A DNA stretch of 64,000 nucleotides from Candidatus Nomurabacteria bacterium (GTDB taxonomy: Bacteria > Patescibacteriota > Minisyncoccia > Phycocordibacterales > UBA9973): NCBI GenBank assembly GCA_963832025.1, contig CAWHSF010000003.1:15665-79664 (forward strand), given 5' to 3'. Numbering within the stretch: the stretch's first letter is position 1; every line of letters begins with the position of its first letter. Positions 10,379 to 18,668 of the stretch are shown piece after piece. The notes below the pieces were generated by a model. That model was not told the origin of the DNA. It did not search any database and worked only from the letters and a program-made list of their open reading frames with translations. The translations under genes were made by a program, and so were the position numbers.

Positions 10379-11086
10379 TTATTCGTTGGGAACGTAAGCA
10401 GTAGCTTCCGCTTGCAGAGCAGTAGCTTCTACCGCCGGAACAACGTTTACACCATTTTGAGCAATTGTTTGCGCAAGCTCGGAAGTAAAGGAACTTCCTC
10501 CCCCGTCGCTCACGACCAAAAATCTGGTTGTGGACAATGGAATGATTGTGGTATCAAAACGTTTTCCGGCCGGCAACATTAGCAAACCTCCCATGGTTGT
10601 TTTAGAAGTTTGAACCGGAGTCGGTGTGGCTGAGCCTTGGCCTGTAGGAGTACCTTCCGGAAAAGATATCATCCATTGATTGGAAGTACTGTCGTATGAG
10701 TATTTCGTTTGGGCAATCGGACTAGCGTGACCGTTTGGCTCGTCGGTTATCATACTCGTCGGAGAATTTACCACGACAACCGAAGTGCTACCCATATCAC
10801 CAACTAGCAGAGTTTCCACCGCTACGCCTCCCGGAAAAGAATTAGTATCGTTTGTAATCGTGGATGATACTTGAAGTGCGCTCGGATACCAAAAAGAAAA
10901 ACCATAAGTCGCATCGGTATATTGACTCATGCCGTAAGTATCTGCCGGCGATGTATTGGTGGTGACATTTTGTGGTGGCGGAGTTAGATTGCTTGATTGA
11001 TTTTTAGAAGAAACATAAAGCCATGCTCCAACCACAATAACAACAACGATAATTATAGCTATTAAAATTTTAGAAGTTTTTGACAT
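10379..11086 (-). CDS. N-terminally anchored hypothetical protein
   Basis: N-terminal TM helix (ILIAIIIVVVIVVGAWLYV) and a long ORF. No motif recognised. Confidence 0.45.
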   Translation of the reverse strand: MSKTSKILIAIIIVVVIVVGAWLYVSSKNQSSNLTPPPQNVTTNTSPADTYGMSQYTDATYGFSFWYPSALQVSSTITNDTNSFPGGVAVETLLVGDMGSTSVVVVNSPTSMITDEPNGHASPIAQTKYSYDSTSNQWMISFPEGTPTGQGSATPTPVQTSKTTMGGLLMLPAGKRFDTTIIPLSTTRFLVVSDGGGSSFTSELAQTIAQNGVNVVPAVEATALQAEATAYVPNE

Positions 11087-11211
11087 ATATTTTTTGTTAA
11101 TTATAACTTTCTAATTAATAATATAGACGCAACAAGTCATGAATGATTACTGCCTACGTCTTTGTTTATTATAACATTTTTTATGAAAAATGTTTATGAT
11201 ATAATAAAAAT

Positions 11212-11787
11212 ATGAATAAACCATTAAATATTGATAAAACAAAAACGGCCATTGTCGTCATCGACTTACAAAAAGGAATTACTTCCAGAGAAACACAGCC
11301 TCATCCTGCAAAAACAGTAATAGAAAACACTGCTCAATTACTGGAAGTTTTTCGTAAAAATAGTATGCCGGTGTTTTTAGTCAGAGTCGTTTCCTCTCCG
11401 GATCAAAAAGACAGATTAAATGTTGTAGCAGATGTCACTTGGAGTGGCGGACAAATGCCCGCAGATTGGAGTGAAATAGTTCCGGAATTATCACCGGAAA
11501 AAGATGCCGTAATTATTACCAAAAAACAATGGGGAGCATTTTATGGAACAGACCTTGAACTTCAATTGCACAGACGCAAAATAGATACTATTGTTTTGTG
11601 TGGAATTTCCACCAACATTGGTGTAGAAAGTACCGCTAGGTTTGCATATGAATATGGCTACAATCAAATTTTTGCCGAAGATGCGATGTCTGCCATGTCC
11701 AAAGAAGAACACGAAAATTCCATTCAGAAAATCTTTCCGAGAATTGGTTTGGTGCGTACAACAAAAGAAATTTTAGAGGCTTTGTAG
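11212..11787 (+). CDS. isochorismatase-family cysteine hydrolase
   Basis: Motifs AIVVIDLQKG and VLCGISTNIGVESTAR (catalytic Cys context). Confidence 0.8.
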   Translation: MNKPLNIDKTKTAIVVIDLQKGITSRETQPHPAKTVIENTAQLLEVFRKNSMPVFLVRVVSSPDQKDRLNVVADVTWSGGQMPADWSEIVPELSPEKDAVIITKKQWGAFYGTDLELQLHRRKIDTIVLCGISTNIGVESTARFAYEYGYNQIFAEDAMSAMSKEEHENSIQKIFPRIGLVRTTKEILEAL

Positions 11788-11792
11788 AAAAA

Positions 11793-13019
11793 ATGAACGC
11801 GCTACGGAAAACTTTTATCTCTTTACGTAATCGCAATTTTCGTCTTTTCTTTATTGGGCAAACAATTTCAAACGTCGGCAACTGGTTGACAAACATTGCC
11901 CTCACTTTGTTGGTACTCAAACTGACAAAAAGTGGACTTGCGGTTGGGCTTTTGGCTGCCTGCCAGTATGGACCTATACTTTTTTTGTCGGCTTGGGCAG
12001 GTTCTATCGCTGACCGAGGAAATAAATGGCGAATGCTTTTAATAACTCAGAGTCTAGAAATGGGGCAATCCATAGGTTTGGCCATCTTAGCTTTTATGCC
12101 CCATCCAGCTCTTGGGGGATTTTATGCGCTAGCGATTATCGGAGGTATCGTTTTAGCATTTGATAATCCTTTACGACGTTCTTTTGTAACTGAAATGGTT
12201 CGCGAAGAAGATGTTCCAAATGCTGTAGTACTTTATAGTAATACTGTAAACGTAGCGCGCATATTCGGACCAGCATTGGCTGGTCTATTGGTTGTAACTT
12301 TGGGCTACGGTTGGTGTTTTGCAATTGATGCTAGTACATATATAGTAGTCATCTTTTGTATTTATATAATGCGAACCGAAGAATTGCGACGTTTACCGAT
12401 TAAACCACGCACAAAAAACGAAGTGCGAGACGGAATACGTTATATATTATCGATGCCAGTCTTATGGATAAGTTTTGCAATGCTCGCAGCGATAGGAATG
12501 CTCGCTTATAATTTCAGCGTGACACTTCCTCTTTTTGTTATTAAAACTCTTCACGGCAGTGTCGGAACATTTACGATTTTATACTCTATCTTTAGTTGTG
12601 GGGCAGTCATTAGTGCTTTTATTGTTGCTCACCAAAATTTGGTGAAAATACGCAATATTATTATTGGTGCTACCTTGCTCGGTACAACCATGCTTGTCCT
12701 CTCTGGTATATGGAATACTGCAATTGGAATACCGGTAATATTTCTCCTTGGTATGGCAAGCATTTTATATACCACAGCGACCACTGCAATTATTCAAGTA
12801 GAAGCCAGACGCGAAATGCACGGAAGGTTGCTAGCAATACAAAGTGTATTTATGATTGGCACCGGTGTCGTGGGTGGTCCCCTTTGCGGATGGCTAGCCG
12901 ATATTGCAAACGCAAGAGCGCCGATGATACTTGGCGGAATTGTATGTTTATTGTCGGCAATTTTTGGTTACTTTGCCACAAAACATTACGCGCCGGAAAA
13001 ATTATTCGAAGTAATATAA
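11793..13019 (+). CDS. MFS transporter
   Basis: Polytopic 408-aa ORF with an MFS-like loop (GSIADRGNKWRM). Confidence 0.7.
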   Translation: MNALRKTFISLRNRNFRLFFIGQTISNVGNWLTNIALTLLVLKLTKSGLAVGLLAACQYGPILFLSAWAGSIADRGNKWRMLLITQSLEMGQSIGLAILAFMPHPALGGFYALAIIGGIVLAFDNPLRRSFVTEMVREEDVPNAVVLYSNTVNVARIFGPALAGLLVVTLGYGWCFAIDASTYIVVIFCIYIMRTEELRRLPIKPRTKNEVRDGIRYILSMPVLWISFAMLAAIGMLAYNFSVTLPLFVIKTLHGSVGTFTILYSIFSCGAVISAFIVAHQNLVKIRNIIIGATLLGTTMLVLSGIWNTAIGIPVIFLLGMASILYTTATTAIIQVEARREMHGRLLAIQSVFMIGTGVVGGPLCGWLADIANARAPMILGGIVCLLSAIFGYFATKHYAPEKLFEVI

Positions 13020-13062
13020 AAACTCAAATAGCCAGTTTTAGTAAGAAAGCTTTTTTTGAATC

Positions 13063-14016
13063 CTAAAAATTATTTCTTCTTAAAGAATTTTTAGTACGTT
13101 GTAACCTATATCCGAAAATATTTTTCTTGTTGTTTTTTCTGAAATTTCCATAGAAGTTTCTAATACCTACACCTGTCCTATGCCAACCAGTATGTGTATT
13201 TGAAAATGTACTTGGAGTATTTGTGCTAATACTTGTCGCAACATTGGTTCGTGAGACAGAAAAATCTGAGCCACTTGAATCAAGAGAGCTTGGAATCGCC
13301 AAAGCTTGATTACTTGAATTTACCATGGTGAGTGACTCTGCTCCACTTTGTGAAATGTTTAAGGTGCTATTGTTTTGTGTTACATATCCACCAGTAAATT
13401 GAATTGTCCCAAAATTATCCAGCGGAATAAGTGAATTATTACTCTCTAGGGTAGGCATCTCTTCTATCCACTCGGCAGAAGAATTGGAAGAAACATAACT
13501 CACTGTAGTGCTATAACTCTGGTTTGTAGTGTTGTTGTGAAAATTAATTGTCCAAAGATTACTGGAATTTTCTGACAGAGATACTGTAATGGAATTACCT
13601 GATGAGACAGCTAGGGGAACTTGTACCATATCTGATGGGAGCAACTCATACCAAGCAGTGTAACTTATCGAACCATTGCCTTCATTCATCGCTTGTGTGC
13701 CTGCTTGGATAAGGTCTTGAGAAATCACTCCTCCGATTCCAACCCAAGTATCATCCGCTGAAAGATTGGTACCAGTAGTACCGGATATTGTCGGTATTGT
13801 CCAGCTAGCGCCGATACCACTGTATGGACCATTGCTGGCAAGATATCCTGACCAATTTATAGAAGTATTTTTACTTAGACCAATATTTACAGCCGGAGCT
13901 GTGTTTGCCAAGGCAACATTACTAAATATAGTTAGATTCACAACAAAAACAAGTGGCACAATTAAGACCATCAATATTGCCTTATATTTCAATTTAATTT
14001 TTTTATATAACATCAT
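13063..14016 (-). CDS. secreted glutamic peptidase, G1 (eqolisin/peptidase A4)-like
   Basis: Signal/TM segment followed by NWSGY, WVGIGG, LIQAG (catalytic Gln context), AWYELLP and AEWIEE (catalytic Glu context). The ATG at 14016 is preferred over the track start at 14097. Confidence 0.6.
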   Translation of the reverse strand: MMLYKKIKLKYKAILMVLIVPLVFVVNLTIFSNVALANTAPAVNIGLSKNTSINWSGYLASNGPYSGIGASWTIPTISGTTGTNLSADDTWVGIGGVISQDLIQAGTQAMNEGNGSISYTAWYELLPSDMVQVPLAVSSGNSITVSLSENSSNLWTINFHNNTTNQSYSTTVSYVSSNSSAEWIEEMPTLESNNSLIPLDNFGTIQFTGGYVTQNNSTLNISQSGAESLTMVNSSNQALAIPSSLDSSGSDFSVSRTNVATSISTNTPSTFSNTHTGWHRTGVGIRNFYGNFRKNNKKNIFGYRLQRTKNSLRRNNF

Positions 14017-14101
14017 AATCTGCACATATTGTATACGTCGAAAGAAATATTTTGGGTGCATTGACACACCAAAAAGGTGAAAAACTGTTTCATTCATTTA
14101 A

Positions 14102-14347
14102 TTAATTGCTATCAATTGGATTTCCATCTTCATTCTTTTCGGTTTCCATCTGAATCATGTCAACCAATTCTTCGGCAGTTGCTGTTGTATTAAAATCTAC
14201 ATCCAAATCTGTAGCAATTGATTTTAATTTTTCCAATGCTTCAACACTGCCAGCCATTCTCAAAGATTCTAGATAAGAAAAATCGGGTTCTCCGTGTTCG
14301 TTGCGCCAACTATTTATGTCTTCTTTCTCATTATTTTTCATATTCAT
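14102..14347 (-). CDS. small acidic hypothetical protein
   Basis: 81-aa ORF in the track. No motif recognised. Confidence 0.35.
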   Translation of the reverse strand: MNMKNNEKEDINSWRNEHGEPDFSYLESLRMAGSVEALEKLKSIATDLDVDFNTTATAEELVDMIQMETEKNEDGNPIDSN

Positions 14348-14459
14348 AGAGCCGTTTTGTAAATAAGATTATTACATAATTTTGTAATCATTTTTATCCT
14401 GTAACGACATCATAAAAGCATGGTCGAGAAGATTACAATATAACTATGAAAATATTATT

Positions 14460-14627
14460 ATGCACGATGAAAATAATGAAGGAAAAGAGGGATGCACTAG
14501 TTGCCATATGGCTGGTCCTATGAAAAAAGAATTCAAATTGGCCATGTTGGAAAAAAAAGAAAAAATTCTTAAAATAAAACTCGATTTTCTTGGAAAAATG
14601 AAAGATATGGTAGAAAAAATGCCATAA
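14460..14627 (+). CDS. 55-aa hypothetical peptide with a CxxCH motif
   Basis: Hand translation gives MHDENNEGKEGCTSCHMAGPMKKEFKLAMLEKKEKILKIKLDFLGKMKDMVEKMP. It falls below the track length cutoff and is followed by a hairpin terminator. Confidence 0.3.
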   Translation: MHDENNEGKEGCTSCHMAGPMKKEFKLAMLEKKEKILKIKLDFLGKMKDMVEKMP

Positions 14628-14670
14628 TCCAAAAAAAATCACTAAAATATAATAATTCGGATACCGAAAT

Positions 14671-14703
14671 AAAACACTTCACCTAGGAGTGTTTTATTTT
14701 TTG
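14671..14703. terminator. hairpin terminator between convergent genes
   Basis: AAAACACT-N9-AGTGTTTT followed by ATTTTTTG. It lies between the + small ORF and the stop of the minus gene at 14705. Confidence 0.5.
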
Positions 14704-14704
14704 T

Positions 14705-15073
14705 TTATAAATTAGCCTCTATTTTTAATATTTCATCCTTTTCTTTTTTTATATCAATCCTAATCTTGCCAAAAAGGCTCATATATACGTTTGCAATAAA
14801 GACAATTGAGAAAAAAGAAATACTATAACCTCTCCAATCACCGAAGAAAATTGTGTATCTAGTAATAAGTAATACACCTATCGTCACATAATGACTAAAA
14901 CAATATTCACAAGTAAGCATATAGAAAAACTTGCGACCGATAAATGTTTTATCTTTCTTACTACGACGGACACAATATTCATGCAACTCTCTAAAAAGCT
15001 CTTCGTGGGTGAATGTCCAAGAAACACATGCTACAGGGATGGAAAGTATAAACAGTGATAAAATAATACTCAT
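14705..15073 (-). CDS. small membrane protein
   Basis: 122-aa ORF with 3 hydrophobic helices. Confidence 0.5.
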   Translation of the reverse strand: MSIILSLFILSIPVACVSWTFTHEELFRELHEYCVRRSKKDKTFIGRKFFYMLTCEYCFSHYVTIGVLLITRYTIFFGDWRGYSISFFSIVFIANVYMSLFGKIRIDIKKEKDEILKIEANL

Positions 15074-15090
15074 TTTTATATGGTTAGAAT

Positions 15091-15462
15091 TTATTTTTTT
15101 CTTCTCTTGAAGTCAACTATTCCCCAAGTCATCATTATTAGCGCTAAGAGTGCGATGCTTGTTGGAATATACCAGTACATTATTCCATGCCAAGCAAACA
15201 CATAAAGTTGAGCAATGAAAAAACCAATATAATCTACAATCACATCACTAATATGATTAGTGCTCTGTTCGTGAATCTTAATCAATGGTTCAAAAAGCTC
15301 CCAGCCAGTAAATAAACCCACCGCAACAGCTGAAGCAATATATGGATTAATATTTAAAAAAATAAAAGCTCCACCAACAGCAAAGCCCGTAAGAAAATGG
15401 ACGAGAGACCATAAATCTATTAATTTTCCTTCCCTCCAGGCATTTGTTTTAGTTGATGACAT
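15091..15462 (-). CDS. small membrane protein
   Basis: 123-aa ORF with 4 hydrophobic helices. Confidence 0.5.
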   Translation of the reverse strand: MSSTKTNAWREGKLIDLWSLVHFLTGFAVGGAFIFLNINPYIASAVAVGLFTGWELFEPLIKIHEQSTNHISDVIVDYIGFFIAQLYVFAWHGIMYWYIPTSIALLALIMMTWGIVDFKRRKK

Positions 15463-15509
15463 AATTAAACAAAAGCTCTAGAAGAGACATTTTGTTCTTT
15501 GTGAGATTA

Positions 15510-15599
15510 TTAACTTGTGGTGCAGTCACAAGAAGCACATTTAGCCCCTTTGTGCATATCGTGATGGCAGTTTAGACATTCTTCTTTTTCTTCTTCCAT
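15510..15599 (-). CDS. 29-aa Cys/His-rich peptide
   Basis: Hand translation gives MEEEKEECLNCHHDMHKGAKCASCDCTTS. It lies upstream of, and co-oriented with, the two membrane-protein genes. No clear RBS. Confidence 0.25.
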   Translation of the reverse strand: MEEEKEECLNCHHDMHKGAKCASCDCTTS

Positions 15600-15719
15600 A
15601 TTTTTATACTCTAGTTATTTTTTATAAAGCGACCCATGATTATGCCGAATTTACACCTTATTTATTACAACTTTAGTTTGGGCTAATATGTAAATTAAGA
15701 CTTGTTTCCTAAAATTATT

Positions 15720-16039
15720 TTAGTTAAATTCAAATAAAATATCTCTAAAATCTATAATTTTATTATTTTTGTCCAACTTAATCCCCTCTTTTTTATATAA
15801 AGTAAGACGTTTCTTTTTATGTTTATCGTTGAGCCAAACCCTTCCATCAGAATATACAATGCGATGAAAGGAATATCCTTTACTCCGCTCATGTAAGCCT
15901 TACCTAATATATTCGTTATGCTTTGCGCAGCCATTGGTCCCGCACCGGCAGCGCGAGCAATCCTGCCATAAGTGGTGACTCTGCCTTTCGGAATTTCTAA
16001 TGCAATTTTAATTACTCGTTCAGTAAAATTTTGTAACAT
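15720..16039 (-). pseudogene. MGMT-family / Atl-like DNA-binding protein, frame broken
   Basis: The N-terminal part (TTYGRIARAAGAGPMAAQSITNILGKAY) is in one frame. The expected continuation ...FHRIVYSDGRVWLNDKHKKKRLTLYKKEGIKL... is in another frame and ends at 15720. The shift lies within 15870..15897. Confidence 0.55.
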
Positions 16040-16080
16040 AACCTAAGAAGATAAGATTGTGCGTTTACTTTTAATTAATT

Positions 16081-16305
16081 CTAGCTTTTTTCTCTCGTCA
16101 ATTTTTTAATTTTCGCCTCAACTTTGGATGCCAAAGACCTGTTTTTGAATTTCTTAGAATAAACAACTTTCACTGGCCAACGCGAAGAAGTGTATCTAGC
16201 GCCCAATTTACCACCATTGTGCTCCTTCACCCTACGTTTTAAATCAGTAGTAATGCCAGTATATAAGGTTTTATCAGCACATCGGAGAATGTAAACACAA
16301 TACAT
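16081..16305 (-). CDS. GIY-YIG nuclease-family protein (UPF0213-like)
   Basis: Motifs YCVYILRC...LYTGITTDLKRRVKEHN. Size 74 aa. Confidence 0.75.
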   Translation of the reverse strand: MYCVYILRCADKTLYTGITTDLKRRVKEHNGGKLGARYTSSRWPVKVVYSKKFKNRSLASKVEAKIKKLTREKS

Positions 16306-16371
16306 ATTCTGATTATATCACTTCTAATTATGAATAAAATGTGTTAAGTTTAGTGGGTTAGAATACCATTT

Positions 16372-16442
16372 TGGGAGATCGTCTAATGGTAGGACATATC
16401 CCTCTGGAGGATATTATCTTGGTTCGAGTCCAAGTCTCCCAG
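16372..16442 (+). tRNA. tRNA-Gln (anticodon CTG)
   Basis: Hand-folded cloverleaf: acceptor TGGGAGA/TCTCCCA (U1:A72), D arm GTCT/GGAC, anticodon stem TATCC/GGATA with loop CTCTGGA, T arm CTTGG-TTCGAGT-CCAAG, discriminator G. No CCA is encoded. Confidence 0.85.
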
Positions 16443-16465
16443 CAGATTCGTGTTACACTAATACA

Positions 16466-17029
16466 ATGAAATACTTCGGTATGATTGTTGGGTTGGCCTG
16501 GATTGTCTTCGCCCTCGTATGGCTCATAAACGCTTTTAGCGCGAAGCGTAATGTCTCGAACTCGTGGCGGCGAAACTCATGGTTGCGCATAATTATTGCC
16601 CTTTGCGTCTATTTTTTATTTCGCGAGCAGCTTCAACGCTTAATCCTTGCTGGGCACATATCTTCTACAAATCTTTTTCTTGGCGCCATCGGAGCGCTTC
16701 TCACCGCCCTAGGCATCGGCATCGCTATCTGGGCACGCCTCTATCTCGGTACGAACTGGGGTATGCCGATGACTCTGAAAGAGAATCGTGAGCTTGTGAT
16801 GAGTGGGCCGTACAGCTATATACGTCATCCTATCTATGCAGGCGTTATGCTCGCCATGATCGGCACAGTATTTGTCGTAGGTCCATGGCTGTTGGTAGTG
16901 TTTGCCCTCTACTTCCTTTATTTTCTTTTCAGCGCCACGTCAGAAGAGAAGACTTTAATGAAAGAATTTCCGAATGTGTATCCGGCCTACAAAAAACGCA
17001 CGAAAATGCTCATCCCGTTTGTCTTGTAG
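16466..17029 (+). CDS. isoprenylcysteine carboxyl / phospholipid methyltransferase-family membrane protein
   Basis: Polytopic protein with GPYSYIRHPIYAGVML. Visibly higher G+C than neighbouring genes. Confidence 0.7.
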   Translation: MKYFGMIVGLAWIVFALVWLINAFSAKRNVSNSWRRNSWLRIIIALCVYFLFREQLQRLILAGHISSTNLFLGAIGALLTALGIGIAIWARLYLGTNWGMPMTLKENRELVMSGPYSYIRHPIYAGVMLAMIGTVFVVGPWLLVVFALYFLYFLFSATSEEKTLMKEFPNVYPAYKKRTKMLIPFVL

Positions 17030-17122
17030 TGAGTTTGTGGAAGGCCATACAAAGTTTCCAACTTCGCACCAGACACCCAGCAACTTAAGTAATAATTTTG
17101 CCTCAGAGCCGTCTATACACAT

Positions 17123-17359
17123 ATGATAATATTTTTTATTGCTGGGCTGTTGCTGGGTGTGGTTTCTGTCATCTTTGCATTACAAAATACAGTCGTTGTG
17201 ACAATTTCTCTTTTCTCTTGGCATCTGACAGGTCCACTCTCTATGATTTTATTATTAGCTATTACTTCTGGCATACTTATTACGATACTGCTTTTGCTTC
17301 CAGAATTTGTTGGCAATTCTTTTAGATATAAAAAAATTAAAAAGAAAATAAAGATCTAA
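17123..17359 (+). CDS. LapA-domain (DUF1049-like) small membrane protein
   Basis: Two TM helices followed by a basic tail. A plausible coiled-coil continuation (KDLTEELRKQKEL...) lies in another frame after an A-rich run. Confidence 0.5.
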   Translation: MIIFFIAGLLLGVVSVIFALQNTVVVTISLFSWHLTGPLSMILLLAITSGILITILLLLPEFVGNSFRYKKIKKKIKI

Positions 17360-17540
17360 CAGAGGAACTTCGAAAACAAAAAGAGTTGACTGTTTTTGCA
17401 AAAAAAACACCTCCAACCGAAGAAGAAATTGAAAGAATTGAGCGTGGTGAGGTTGAAGTTGCAGCTTATTGAGTATTTTTTATAATTCCCCTTTTGTGGT
17501 ATAAATATATTGAAGTTTAGTTTTTCACAAATCCTTACCC

Positions 17541-17879
17541 ATGGTAAGAAAGAGGCCATACATGCCACCAGCCAACCCTCCTTGGCATCGAGTTCATCCT
17601 CAGTGTCCAGACTGTAACGGCACCCCTAGTTTGATAGCTTTCAGTGTCAACTCAAAAGGTAGTATCCTTCTGGAGTTTCACTGCGAGTGCGGAGCTCAAC
17701 CCACAGCTACTTACGGAGCAGTGGCGTTAATCAGACACTTCACAGAACAAGAAGCAGTAATGCAAGGGTTACATCCAAAGAGAACTGTTTCAAAAGAGGA
17801 GGCCAAAGAAGTAGAAATGAGGGCTGGGGATGATAAGTTCCTTGAGAGCTTGAGGATTGCCCCTTTCTGGAGGAATTAG
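17541..17879 (+). CDS. hypothetical Cys-rich (zinc-ribbon-like) protein
   Basis: CPDC ... CEC spacing. Higher G+C than the surroundings. No family recognised. Confidence 0.4.
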   Translation: MVRKRPYMPPANPPWHRVHPQCPDCNGTPSLIAFSVNSKGSILLEFHCECGAQPTATYGAVALIRHFTEQEAVMQGLHPKRTVSKEEAKEVEMRAGDDKFLESLRIAPFWRN

Positions 17880-17910
17880 GAAGATAAGTTTTATGATTGC
17901 CGAAAGGCTT

Positions 17911-17940
17911 TGGAGGTGGTGAGTTTACTCGCCACCTCCA
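17911..17940 (+). terminator. stem-loop downstream of 17541..17879
   Basis: TGGAGGTGGTGAG-TTTA-CTCGCCACCTCCA (13-bp stem with one mismatch), followed by CTTTGCTTATATT. Confidence 0.45.
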
Positions 17941-18062
17941 CTTTGCTTATATTAAAGTAGGGTTTCGATATAATAAAAATATGCAAGATTTCAGAACCAA
18001 AAAAACATACGAGGTGTACATGAGAAAAATATCTGAGGGATTACTCAAATCATGGATGTCGT

Positions 18063-18359
18063 TTGTGCCAGATGAAACAAATCAAGGAATATAAATATTG
18101 GAAAATACTTAAAAATGAATATCCTTGGGACTTGATGGCAAAAACCCATGACATGATTGTTCCAAAAAGACATGTATCTTTTGAAAAATTAAATAGCGCG
18201 GAAAAAAAAGAATTTGATTTGATTAAGAAAAATTATTTGGAAAAAAAATACACGCATTTAATTGAAGTCTCAGACAAAGGAAAATCCATCCCAAGTCATT
18301 TTCATGTGCATTTAATAATCCTCCGAGATAGATGGCTTAAAAAATACAGTCCGAAATAG
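18063..18359 (+). CDS. HIT-like hydrolase (start uncertain)
   Basis: HFHVHLI histidine-triad motif. An in-frame CRLC lies just upstream of the listed TTG start, so the true start may be further 5' (the frame opens at 18024). Confidence 0.5.
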   Translation: MCQMKQIKEYKYWKILKNEYPWDLMAKTHDMIVPKRHVSFEKLNSAEKKEFDLIKKNYLEKKYTHLIEVSDKGKSIPSHFHVHLIILRDRWLKKYSPK

Positions 18360-18365
18360 GAAAAT

Positions 18366-18668
18366 TTATTTATTTTTCTTCCCAATCGCAGCTTTCACAA
18401 AAGCAGTAAAAAGTGGATGTGGAGCAAGTGGTCTGCCTAAAAATTCTGGATGAAACTGTGTACCTAGATAAAATGGATGCTCTTTTTTTGGAAGTTCAGC
18501 AATTTCCATTAATTTTCCATCTGGAGAAACACCCGAGAAAACCAATCCTTCTTTTTCTAATTGTTCAACGTAAGAATTATTCACTTCATATCGATGACGA
18601 TGTCTTTCGGAAATTTCTTTTTTGTCATAAGCATTAGCTGCAACTAGTGCCCCTCCTTCAAAACACAT
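18366..18668 (-). CDS. pyrG: CTP synthase, C-terminal fragment (glutaminase domain end)
   Basis: Contains [10 protein letters not shown] and GTQFHPEF. It continues 18644..20011 after a 1-nt shift in the C4 run at 18650..18653. Confidence 0.85.
   Translation of the reverse strand: MCFEGGALVAANAYDKKEISERHRHRYEVNNSYVEQLEKEGLVFSGVSPDGKLMEIAELPKKEHPFYLGTQFHPEFLGRPLAPHPLFTAFVKAAIGKKNK

Noticed and set aside
14460-15599. CxxCH motifs as c-type cytochrome haem-binding sites
   Set aside because: The peptides lack signal peptides and no cytochrome-maturation genes are visible. Metal binding is possible, but a cytochrome c assignment is unsupported.
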